Source of the DNA: Vicinamibacterales bacterium
GTDB taxonomy: Bacteria > Acidobacteriota > Vicinamibacteria > Vicinamibacterales > UBA2999
Length of the DNA stretch: 24,000 nt
NCBI GenBank assembly: GCA_035571515.1
Contig: DATNCQ010000033.1
Coordinates: 19,966-43,965 of the forward strand
Direction of reading: 5' to 3'
Positions 15,730 through 22,863 of this stretch are shown here, piece by piece. Below the pieces are notes generated by a model, which worked only from the letters and a program-made list of their open reading frames with translations, searched no databases and was not told the origin of the DNA. Each line of letters begins with the position of its first letter. Position 1 is the stretch's first letter. The position numbers and the translations under genes were made by a program.

Positions 15730-16473
15730 TCAGCGCTTCGGTCTGCTGCTCTCGAGCAGGCCGACGATCCTGCGATAGCACTCGCACGACAGCCCTTCGA
15801 GCGCGGCGCGGTCGACGATCGTCACATGGCCGCGGTGATAGCGGAGCGCCCCCGCTTTCTGCAGCACCCCGGCGGCCAGCGTCACGGTCTGGCGGCTCGC
15901 GCCCAACATCATCGCGGCAAATTCCTGCGTCAGATCGAACTCGTCGCTCTCCATGTGGTCGGCCGCCGCCAGCAGCCATCGGGCGAGGCGCTGCTCGATT
16001 GAATGGGTCGCGTTGCACGCGGTCGACTGCATGGCGATGCCGATGAGCGCCTGCGTGTGGCGCATCACCAAACGGTGGAACGGTCCGAGCCTGTCCATCT
16101 CCCTTCGGAACGCATCCGCCGGCATCGCAGGGCACGGACCCATCTTTCCCTGCACCATCGTGGCGGTCGGCGTCAGAACGTCTTCCATTGCGCCGAGCGC
16201 ACCGACCGCCCCTTCGCGGCCGACGGTTGCGACCTCGACCATCCGTCCGTCGCGAAGGAGCGTCACCATCGAGCAGAAGCCGTTGGCCGGAAAATAGACG
16301 TGGTCGACGATTGCGTCCGCTTCGTGCAGCAGTTGCCTGAGCGTCACCGACACCGGGCTGAGGTCGCGCCGCACACGCGCGTACACGTCCGCTGGAAGTG
16401 CGTTCAAGAGGAGGTTCGGGTTCTTTTCGCGAACCGATCGGCCGGACGACGATTGCCCGGTAACTGGAGCCAT
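15730..16473 (-). CDS. Crp/Fnr-family transcriptional regulator (247 aa), paralog 2
   Basis: Collinear with the regulator at 14118-14867 (roughly half the residues look identical by eye, e.g. EVATVGREG, EQRLARWLL, FDLTQEFAAMMLG, SCECYR). The ATG at 16473 gives a matching length; the ORF track start at 16530 is possible. Confidence 0.85.
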   Translation of the reverse strand: MAPVTGQSSSGRSVREKNPNLLLNALPADVYARVRRDLSPVSVTLRQLLHEADAIVDHVYFPANGFCSMVTLLRDGRMVEVATVGREGAVGALGAMEDVLTPTATMVQGKMGPCPAMPADAFRREMDRLGPFHRLVMRHTQALIGIAMQSTACNATHSIEQRLARWLLAAADHMESDEFDLTQEFAAMMLGASRQTVTLAAGVLQKAGALRYHRGHVTIVDRAALEGLSCECYRRIVGLLESSRPKR

Positions 16474-16577
16474 GGCGCTGCGCCTCCGTCCGCCAACTGG
16501 CGGCATGTGTAAGAGGCTTTCGCAGGCCAAGCTCTACCCTTATAAGGGCGAGGCAGGCGGGAGTCCCTTAATTGTCT

Positions 16578-17783
16578 TCAGGATATCACTGACGGCTCGC
16601 CCTCCCACCGTGCGATCACCACGGTCGCGAGGCAGTTTCCGAGCACATTGGTCGCGGTGCGCGCCATATCCATCAGCGCGTCGATGCCGAGGATGATGAA
16701 CACCGGCTCGGCGGGCAGGTTGAAGCTGCTCACCGTTCCCAGCAGGATCACCAGCGCCGCGCGAGGGACGCCGGCGACGCCCTTGCTCGTGATCATCAGC
16801 GTCAGCAGCAGCAGGAACTGCTGGCCGATCGGCATCTGAATCCCGGCTGCCTGCGCGACGAAGATCGCCGCCAGCGAGAGATAGAGCGTCGACCCATCGA
16901 GGTTGAACGAATAGCCGGTGGGGATGACGAAGGCGACGACGCGGCGCGGCACGCCAAACGCTTCCATGTTCTCCATGGCGCGCGGCAGCGCCGCCTCCGA
17001 GCTCGCCGTGGCAAACGCGATCGACGTCGGCTCCGCGGCGGCGGCGAGGAAGCGCCTGATTGGCACCCGCGCGACGAGCGCCACGGGCAGCAGCACGCCG
17101 AGGACGAACACGATCACCGCCGCGTACATGGTCGCCAGCAGCTTGATCAGGTTGACGAGGATGCCGAGTCCGAGATGGCCGACGGTATAGGCGATCGCCG
17201 CGCCGACGCCGATCGGCGCGAAGAGCATGACGATGTTCGTGAACTTGAACATCGTCTCGGCGAGCGCCTCGGCGAAGGTCAGCATCGGGCGCCGCCGTGC
17301 CTCGGGCAGCATTGCGAGCGCGGCGCCGAAGATGACGCTGAAGACGACGACCTGCAGCACTTCGCCGTCGGCGACCGCCTTCGCGATGTTCTCCGGGAAC
17401 ACGTGCAGCAGGATGTCCTGCCACGACTGCGGGGCCGGCGCCGCCGCCTGTTCGCCGGCTGCCGGCGGCGGGAGCGCGATGCCGACGCCCGCGCGGCTGA
17501 TGGTGATCGCCGCCCAGCCGATGAGCAGCGCCAGCGTCGTCACGACCTCGAAGTAGACGAGCGCCTTGACGCCCATGCGCCCGACCTGCTTCAGGTCTCC
17601 ATGCGAGGCGATGCCGACGACGAGCGTGGCAAAGAGCAGCGGCGCCACGATGGTGCGCACGAGGCGGATGAAGATGGTGCTGAGGACGCGCAGCTCCGTC
17701 GCGGCGTCGGGGAAGAAGTAGCCGAACGCGCCGCCGGCGACGATGGCGATCAGGATCCAGGTGGTGAGCGACGGCCGGCGCAC
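16578..17783 (-). CDS. Dicarboxylate/amino acid:cation symporter (DAACS family, GltP/DctA-like; 401 aa)
   Basis: Multi-TM protein with PTGYSFNLDGSTLY and NVLGNCLAT, both DAACS signatures. GTG start at 17781-17783. Confidence 0.85.
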   Translation of the reverse strand: MRRPSLTTWILIAIVAGGAFGYFFPDAATELRVLSTIFIRLVRTIVAPLLFATLVVGIASHGDLKQVGRMGVKALVYFEVVTTLALLIGWAAITISRAGVGIALPPPAAGEQAAAPAPQSWQDILLHVFPENIAKAVADGEVLQVVVFSVIFGAALAMLPEARRRPMLTFAEALAETMFKFTNIVMLFAPIGVGAAIAYTVGHLGLGILVNLIKLLATMYAAVIVFVLGVLLPVALVARVPIRRFLAAAAEPTSIAFATASSEAALPRAMENMEAFGVPRRVVAFVIPTGYSFNLDGSTLYLSLAAIFVAQAAGIQMPIGQQFLLLLTLMITSKGVAGVPRAALVILLGTVSSFNLPAEPVFIILGIDALMDMARTATNVLGNCLATVVIARWEGEPSVIS

Positions 17784-17785
17784 GA

Positions 17786-17829
17786 ACTAACTACCAACCA
17801 CCAACCACCAGCCATCCACCAACCAGCTA
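17786..17829 (-). repeat. G/T-rich (sense strand) tract filling the whole intercistronic spacer
   Basis: The minus strand reads GTAGCTGGTTGGTGGATGGCTGGTGGTTGGTGGTTGGTAGTTAGTT. It shares GCTGGTTGG, TGGAT, GGTGGTTGG and GTAGTT with the reverse complement of 2087-2149. It begins in the TAG of the upstream gene and ends 2 nt before the symporter GTG. Confidence 0.8.
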
Positions 17830-19404
17830 CCGCGTGTTGCCGGTGAGGGTCGGCGGCGCGGCGCGCGACGGAGTCACCTCGAACGAGAAGCGCAAAGCCG
17901 GGATGCGATTGCCGGGATGGTCATCGGCGTACGTGAGCTGCGGCAGGCGATAGAGCTGCTGTCCGCCGTCAGGCCCCTGGTAGATCCCGGGATAGAAATC
18001 GATGAGGTGAACGCCGGGTGTCCCGGCCGCGGTGAAATGAATGACCACGTCGCCCGCGGTGTTGAAGCCGCACGCGTATCCCATGTACGCGTTGTCGTAG
18101 GTCGCGACGTAGATGTTGTCGTACTCCGTCCAGCCGACGCCTTTGAGGTGAATGGTGACCGGAGTGCCGGCGGGTCCCGACGCGGGCGTCATGCTGACGA
18201 TGGTCGTCTCGACGACGAAGTAGGTGGTGGCGAGCGTGCGATCGCCGGCTCGAACCGAGAGCGAGTGCTGTCCGCCGAGGTCGTCGGGAATCGAGACCGG
18301 CAGCGAGAGGCGGCCGTCCGCGGTCGTCGTCGCCTTCGTGAGCTCGTTGTCGATCGGCTCGAAGCCGTTGCCGCTCACGCGGTTCCCCTCGTAGCTTCCC
18401 CACACCAGCGACACCGGGGTGTTCGCCGGGAGCCCGGTCACGTCGAGCGATGCTTTCGTGTTCGCCGGCCCCTGCGTCGGCGTGATCTTGGCGGCGGCGC
18501 CGTTGACGCCGGTTGACGCGGGCACCGGCTGCCGCTGGTACGGCTCGGCGTAGAAGGCGGGCGTGGCCGCGCGACCCGGCGTCACGCGAAACGCGAACTG
18601 CGGCACCGGCAGATACGCGTTCGGCGCCTGCTCGTGATTCAGGTAGCCCTGGCCCATGTAGCCCGTGAGCACGTTGATCGTGTGCTCGCCGGCCGGGCCC
18701 GTGGCGCGGAAGCGCGCGACCGCGCTTCCCTTCGTCCCCGCCGCCGTCACGTAGCCGGCCTGCTGGTTGTCCCAGTTCACCACCCACGTGCTTTCCATCG
18801 TCCGCCAGCCGAGTCCCTTGACGCGAAGCTCGATCGTCGTGCCGACGGGCCCTTCCTTCGGCGACAGCTCGAAGGTCTGCGCGACCTCGACGCCGCCCTG
18901 CGCGAGCGTGGTGTTGCCGTCGCGCACGAACACCTCGTGCACGCCGCCGAAGTCTTCGGGAATCGCGAAGCGCGTGGCGAGGCGGCCGTTGCCGTCGACG
19001 GTCGCCTGCGCGAGCGTGCGCGTAGTCTCCGCGTACTTCTTTCCGCGGAAGTGGAAGTAGTCCTCGATCACCCAGCCGCCCTCGACCGTACCCCAATCGA
19101 GGTTGAGCGTCTTGTTCGGCGGAAGACCTTCCGCCGTCACGTCGACGCTCGTGCCGACGACCGGCTTCGGATGCTGTGTCCTGTCGTAGGTGAGCGTCAG
19201 GCGCCCGGGCGCGGACGCTGCCTGACTTGAAGTATCGGTCGCGGGAAAATGCGCGGGGCCGGGAAGGACGCGCTCGTCGTCGGACGATGTGGCGGCACCG
19301 GCAGGCTGGGTCCCTACGGACCCGGCGGACTGATCGCCGCGCTCACACCCGAAGGCGGTGAGCGCGGCCAGGCATGCGGCCCCGACAACAGCGGCGGCAC
19401 GCAT
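17827..19404 (-). CDS. Putative lipoprotein with an internally duplicated two-domain unit (A-B-A'-B'; B is IPT/TIG-like); 525 aa
   Basis: Signal plus lipobox-like LTAFGC. GGGAGAGGAA SD. Repeat pairs: VDVTAEGLPPNKTLNLDWGTVEG / LDVTGLPANTPVSLVWGSYEG; GNGRLATRFAIPEDFGGVHEVFV / ADGRLSLPVSIPDDLGGQHSLSV; GPVGTTIELRVKGLGW / GPAGTPVTIHLKGVGW; FAFRVTPGRAA / FSFEVTPSRAA. Confidence 0.7.
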   Translation of the reverse strand: MRAAAVVGAACLAALTAFGCERGDQSAGSVGTQPAGAATSSDDERVLPGPAHFPATDTSSQAASAPGRLTLTYDRTQHPKPVVGTSVDVTAEGLPPNKTLNLDWGTVEGGWVIEDYFHFRGKKYAETTRTLAQATVDGNGRLATRFAIPEDFGGVHEVFVRDGNTTLAQGGVEVAQTFELSPKEGPVGTTIELRVKGLGWRTMESTWVVNWDNQQAGYVTAAGTKGSAVARFRATGPAGEHTINVLTGYMGQGYLNHEQAPNAYLPVPQFAFRVTPGRAATPAFYAEPYQRQPVPASTGVNGAAAKITPTQGPANTKASLDVTGLPANTPVSLVWGSYEGNRVSGNGFEPIDNELTKATTTADGRLSLPVSIPDDLGGQHSLSVRAGDRTLATTYFVVETTIVSMTPASGPAGTPVTIHLKGVGWTEYDNIYVATYDNAYMGYACGFNTAGDVVIHFTAAGTPGVHLIDFYPGIYQGPDGGQQLYRLPQLTYADDHPGNRIPALRFSFEVTPSRAAPPTLTGNTR

Positions 19405-19423
19405 TGCGGTTCCTCTCCCGTGC

Positions 19424-19930
19424 CTAGTTGGTGGTCGGGCCGTCGGCGACGATCGTCAGCTGCGAAGCTTCGACGTCGAACGGCTTGAACTCGCCGGTGC
19501 GGCCATTCTTGTCCTTCGCGGTCACCGTGAAGCGCACGATGCCCGTCGGGGCGTCGTTCGGCACGATCCACTTGGCGACCCAGAAGGTGCGCTCGGGCTG
19601 AGTGGCCGTGGCGCGCCACCGCATCGGGATGTCCTTCGTCTGGCCCGCGTACGTCAGGTGCACGACCAGCTGCGTGTCGGGTTCGGCGTGCTGCCCGGTC
19701 TGCGGATCGACGGCCTCGATGCGCCAGCCGACCGGCTCGCCGCGCTTGTAGACGTTGTTCAGCGTGCAGTTCTTCGGCTTGCCCGGCCCGAAGAAGTACG
19801 TCATGTCGCCGCGGAGAATCAGGTTGCCCGTCTTCGCGGCGGGCGCCTGGGCGGCGACGTGGAGCGACGCGAGCGCGAGCCCGGTGACGATGACTGCGGC
19901 GGACAACGCGATGGTCAGTGTTCTGCGCAT
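19424..19930 (-). CDS. Secreted protein of unknown function (168 aa)
   Basis: ATG with AGGAG 5 nt upstream. Signal peptide MRRTLTIALSAAVIVTGLALASLHVAAQA. GC3-rich codons. Lies 19 nt upstream of the lipoprotein gene. Confidence 0.65.
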   Translation of the reverse strand: MRRTLTIALSAAVIVTGLALASLHVAAQAPAAKTGNLILRGDMTYFFGPGKPKNCTLNNVYKRGEPVGWRIEAVDPQTGQHAEPDTQLVVHLTYAGQTKDIPMRWRATATQPERTFWVAKWIVPNDAPTGIVRFTVTAKDKNGRTGEFKPFDVEASQLTIVADGPTTN

Positions 19931-19978
19931 TGAATCTCCTACTCGACGCGATCTGCTGGTCGACGACCGTGAACGGGG

Positions 19979-19996
19979 ACTGCCCCGGCGGGCAGT
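19979..19996 (-). terminator. GC-rich hairpin downstream of the 61-aa ORF
   Basis: ACTGCCC cggc GGGCAGT (7-bp stem, 4-nt loop; extendable with a bulge). About 55 nt after the TAA at 20052. No U-tract. Confidence 0.3.
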
Positions 19997-20051
19997 GTCC
20001 TCCGGCGGAAAGTCTACCCGATCTGCAGGAAATTGGGGTCGGAAAACGAGC

Positions 20052-20237
20052 TTACTTGCGGGATTGGCGGCCGCGTTCGAGGGCGGCGGCCACGGCGGCC
20101 CGCTGCTCCTCGGACACTTCGAGCCGTTCCACGTGGATCACGCTGCCGGGCGCACTGACGACGTGCCGCTCGATGATGCGGGGGGGCTGAGCCGAGGTCA
20201 CGGCCGGACCCTGCGGCTGGGTTTTCGTGGGCGCCAT
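20052..20237 (-). CDS. Small hypothetical protein (61 aa), translationally coupled to the upstream gene
   Basis: The ATG at 20235-20237 is 2 nt after the upstream TAG (20240-20242). Codons are strongly GC3-biased. No recognisable domain. In GC-rich DNA a spurious ORF cannot be excluded. Confidence 0.35.
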   Translation of the reverse strand: MAPTKTQPQGPAVTSAQPPRIIERHVVSAPGSVIHVERLEVSEEQRAAVAAALERGRQSRK

Positions 20238-20239
20238 TT

Positions 20240-20965
20240 CTAGCTCGTCCTGGATTCAGTATAACGTTTGCCTACAAAGACAGCAATTCCGCGAATGGCG
20301 GCGAGCACCAATTCCTGTCGCTCCGGCGTGAAGAAATCGCGCTGATTCGCATCGAGATACAGGATGGCGTCGCTGCGCCCTTGCCGGTCGTAGATGGGTG
20401 CGGCCATCCATGCCATCGCTCCGGGATTGAGGAGGCGCGCCTGCTGATCCGTATAGCTCCAGGCGGTGATCAGTTCTCGAACGTATGCCTCGTACTCGTC
20501 GTTCACGCGGCGGGCGATGAACACGCGGTTCTCCCGGAGCGCCTTGCCGATGATCCCCGCATTCGCCGGAAAGCGACGTCCGACCTGACCCGTCTTTGGC
20601 GGATCGCCGACGTACTCGGTAACCTGCTCGAGATCCCCGTTGACCGGCACGTGTATCGCCAGACGCACCTTGCATGTTCCTGGCGCCAATACCTCGTGCA
20701 GCGTATGGAGGCATCCTTCGAGTTCATGTGTCGACTGCCGTTTCCGTGCGGCGGCAAGGCTGACGGCCTGTTTGATCACGGAAAAAATGAGGACGCCGAG
20801 AGTGCCCGCCAGCGCCAGCGACGCAGGGAGTGGACGATTCTGCGACCACGAGGTCCATGCCGCCGACAACCCGGCAACCGATGCGAAGAGCGCAATCGCG
20901 ATGTCGTAGGACGACGTCTGCGAGAATATCCAGCGGAGTCCGCGTGGTGGTCGTGGAATCGCCAC
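20240..20965 (-). CDS. Membrane protein: N-terminal 2-TM hairpin plus C-terminal GAF-like domain (241 aa)
   Basis: Hydrophobic helices YDIAIALFASVAGLSAAWTSW and ASLALAGTLGVLIFSVIKQAV. The C-terminal pattern RLAIHVPVNGDLEQV...GRRFPANAGIIGKAL...WMAAPIYDRQGRSDAILYLDANQ...LVLAAIRGIAVFV is GAF-like. GTG start. Sampled lines have lower G+C than neighbouring genes. Confidence 0.6.
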   Translation of the reverse strand: MAIPRPPRGLRWIFSQTSSYDIAIALFASVAGLSAAWTSWSQNRPLPASLALAGTLGVLIFSVIKQAVSLAAARKRQSTHELEGCLHTLHEVLAPGTCKVRLAIHVPVNGDLEQVTEYVGDPPKTGQVGRRFPANAGIIGKALRENRVFIARRVNDEYEAYVRELITAWSYTDQQARLLNPGAMAWMAAPIYDRQGRSDAILYLDANQRDFFTPERQELVLAAIRGIAVFVGKRYTESRTS

Positions 20966-21013
20966 GGCCGCGCGAGTCTAGCACCGGGTTATACTCAGAG
21001 GTCCTGCCCGCGC

Positions 21014-21100
21014 GCGGAAGTGGCGGAATTGGCAGACGCGCTAGCCTCAGGAGCTAGTGGCCGCAAGGCCATCGGGGTTCGAGTCCCCGCTTCCGCACCA
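21014..21100 (+). tRNA. tRNA-Leu (anticodon CAG), type II with long variable arm, CCA encoded
   Basis: Folded by hand. Acceptor stem GCGGAAG/CTTCCGC. Anticodon stem CTAGC/GCTAG with loop CTCAGGA. Variable arm GGCC-gcaa-GGCC. T arm CGGGG-TTCGAGT-CCCCG. Discriminator A followed by CCA. Total 87 nt. Confidence 0.9.
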
Positions 21101-21150
21101 ACCTTCAAATACGTTCGGTTTTACGGGAGCTTTCGGGCTTCGACAGGGCA

Positions 21151-21170
21151 GCGTTGCACGTGCGTTGCAC
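21151..21170. repeat. Tandem GCGTTGCAC x2 (11-bp period) between the tRNA and the integrase gene
   Basis: caGCGTTGCACgtGCGTTGCACag. The central GCACGTGC (21156-21163) is palindromic. Confidence 0.75.
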
Positions 21171-21179
21171 AGAGCCGGG

Positions 21180-22334
21180 TCAGCGGCGCTGTAACAGGGC
21201 TCCCAACGCGTCGGCGGCTTCCGACTGCATGTCCGGCAGGACGTGCGCGTAGACTTCCAGCGTCATCGACACCTTTGCGTGGCCGAGCCGTTCGCTGACG
21301 ACTTGGACGGGCTGACCGGCTTGCAGCATCAGCGTGGCGCAGGTGTGGCGCATCCCGTGGAACTTGATTGGCTTCACGCCTGCCGCCTTGATCAGTCCGG
21401 CGTATTCCCGCTGTCCGAGGTTGTTGATTAGGAGCGGCTTACCGTCCTCGCGGGCGAAGACAAGGCCGTGTTCGCGATACGCCGGTCCCTGCGCCATCTT
21501 GTCCTCGCGTTGGGCGGCACGGTGCACCCGTAGCAAGTCGGCGGTGTGGTGGTCGATGGTGACCGTCCGAACCCGTCCGGTCTTGGTGGGGCCGAACACC
21601 GGCTTGCCGTCCTCGCCCACGAAGCCCTTTGAGAGCGAGCGGACCACCCGCACCTTGCGCGTGTCGAAGTCCACGTCGGCCCACGTCAGGCCGCACAACT
21701 CGCCCTTCCGCATCCCGGTGTGAAGCGCCACCCCGTAGAACGCGGCGGGCTGTGGACCGGCAGCATTGGCGGCGTCGAGGAACTTCTGCGCTTCGGTCAC
21801 GGTCCAGCAATGTTGCCGAGCGTCCTCGCTCTTGCCCCGGCTGCGGCGTGGACGCGCTTCAAGATCGCGGGCCGGGTTCGACGGGATAAGCCGGTCGCGC
21901 ACCGCCTTGCGAAGCGCCGAGTTGATGACGTTGTGATACAGGGTCTTCGTGGATGCCGATACCGCAGTCACATTCGCGTAGAACGTCTCGATGTGCAGCG
22001 GCCGGAGCTTCTGGATCGACAGCGTTGCAATCGGAGCCTTGCTGATCGTGTTGTCGATGATGCCCTTGTAACGGTCATACGTGGCGGGCCGCACGCGCGG
22101 CTTGATGACTTCGATCCAGTCCGTCAGCCATTGCCCGAGCGTCATCTTTGATGCTTCGACGTAGGTTCCGTTCTCAACTGCGCTGACCAGATCGCGCAGT
22201 TTCTTCTCTGCGGCTTCACGCTTGCCCCGGAACGTCACCATCGGCTGGCGGCGCTTGCCGGTAGCGGCGTCGATGCCCGCGTCGTAACGCAGGCGATAGA
22301 CGCCTTCCTTAACCCGTTTGATTGATCCCTGCAT
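21180..22334 (-). CDS. Tyrosine-type site-specific integrase (384 aa)
   Basis: ATG at 22334 preceded by AAGGGGGAA. N-terminus is the typical phage-integrase type (MQGSIKRVKEGVYRLRY...). Catalytic region includes GMRKGELCGLTWADVD, FHGMRHTCAT and LGHAKVSMTLEVYAHV (R...HxxR...H...Y). Confidence 0.9.
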   Translation of the reverse strand: MQGSIKRVKEGVYRLRYDAGIDAATGKRRQPMVTFRGKREAAEKKLRDLVSAVENGTYVEASKMTLGQWLTDWIEVIKPRVRPATYDRYKGIIDNTISKAPIATLSIQKLRPLHIETFYANVTAVSASTKTLYHNVINSALRKAVRDRLIPSNPARDLEARPRRSRGKSEDARQHCWTVTEAQKFLDAANAAGPQPAAFYGVALHTGMRKGELCGLTWADVDFDTRKVRVVRSLSKGFVGEDGKPVFGPTKTGRVRTVTIDHHTADLLRVHRAAQREDKMAQGPAYREHGLVFAREDGKPLLINNLGQREYAGLIKAAGVKPIKFHGMRHTCATLMLQAGQPVQVVSERLGHAKVSMTLEVYAHVLPDMQSEAADALGALLQRR

Positions 22335-22350
22335 GGTTCCCCCTTGTGGA

Positions 22351-22533
22351 TTACCGGCGCGCTTTGCGTCGGGTTGTTGTTGCTCGTCCCTCACCCTCGC
22401 GCTTGTCCAACCACTCACTGAGGGCGCGGCGCACCTGTTCGGCCGCAGGCACACCGTCCCTCTCAGTTACCGCCTTCATCCGCGCAATGAGATCAGGATC
22501 GAGCCGAAACGCCGTCAGTACCTTCTCTGCCAT
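22351..22533 (-). CDS. Ribbon-helix-helix (CopG/Arc-like) DNA-binding protein (60 aa)
   Basis: The beta-strand-helix-helix pattern TAFRLDPDLIARMKAVTERDGVPAAEQVRRALSEWL, followed by a basic tail. Confidence 0.6.
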   Translation of the reverse strand: MAEKVLTAFRLDPDLIARMKAVTERDGVPAAEQVRRALSEWLDKREGEGRATTTRRKARR

Positions 22534-22541
22534 ACGCGGAT

Positions 22542-22560
22542 TGTATAACGATGTATAACG
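22542..22560 (-). promoter_or_regulatory. Tandem CGTTATACA x2 (10-bp period) immediately upstream of the RHH gene; candidate operator or promoter
   Basis: The minus strand reads TAG CGTTATACA T CGTTATACA ATCCGCGT ATG. The repeats fill most of the 27-nt gap between the HTH gene stop and the RHH start. Confidence 0.45.
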
Positions 22561-22863
22561 CTAGATCAACACGTCGCGTGGCGGCTTGAGCACCGACTTC
22601 GGCACGAGCCTGCGTCCCCCCACCTTGATGCCGTGGCGACGCGCCAGGTCGTACGCCGCCGACCGCGACAGGTTCGTAACGATCCGCAGTTCGGCCACGG
22701 TCAACAACTCGGGCAGGTCCCGGTGCGGCGTAGCAACCGTCACACAAGGCCGCGCGGCGCTTGCTCCCTGATCGGGAGTCCGAGGGTCAGCGGGCCGCTC
22801 ATGCGCTCCGAGCCACCATGCGACGCTGACAAGCATCTGTTCGCGTTCGGTGAGCGAATCCAC
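22561..22863 (-). CDS. Excisionase/MerR-superfamily helix-turn-helix protein (100 aa or less; start uncertain)
   Basis: The C-terminal LLTVAELRIVTNLSRSAAYDLARRHGIKVGGRRLVPKSVL is a typical excisionase-type HTH. The GTG at 22863 abuts the upstream stop. Internal ATG and GTG starts would give 60-90 aa. Confidence 0.55.
   Translation of the reverse strand: MDSLTEREQMLVSVAWWLGAHERPADPRTPDQGASAARPCVTVATPHRDLPELLTVAELRIVTNLSRSAAYDLARRHGIKVGGRRLVPKSVLKPPRDVLI

Noticed and set aside
16537-16548. Perfect 12-bp palindrome CCCTTATAAGGG upstream of Crp paralog 2 as a dedicated operator
   Set aside because: By a simple 4^-6 estimate, a handful of perfect 12-bp palindromes are expected by chance in 24 kb. 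It could equally be a -10-like TATAAG or part of the symporter's 3' end. There is no second copy in the window.
20966-21013. Defined promoter for tRNA-Leu (TATACT at 20990-20995)
   Set aside because: The -10-like hexamer has no acceptable -35 at 16-18 bp. It also lies only 25 nt from the divergent GTG start of the 2TM-GAF gene. This is too weak to report as a feature.
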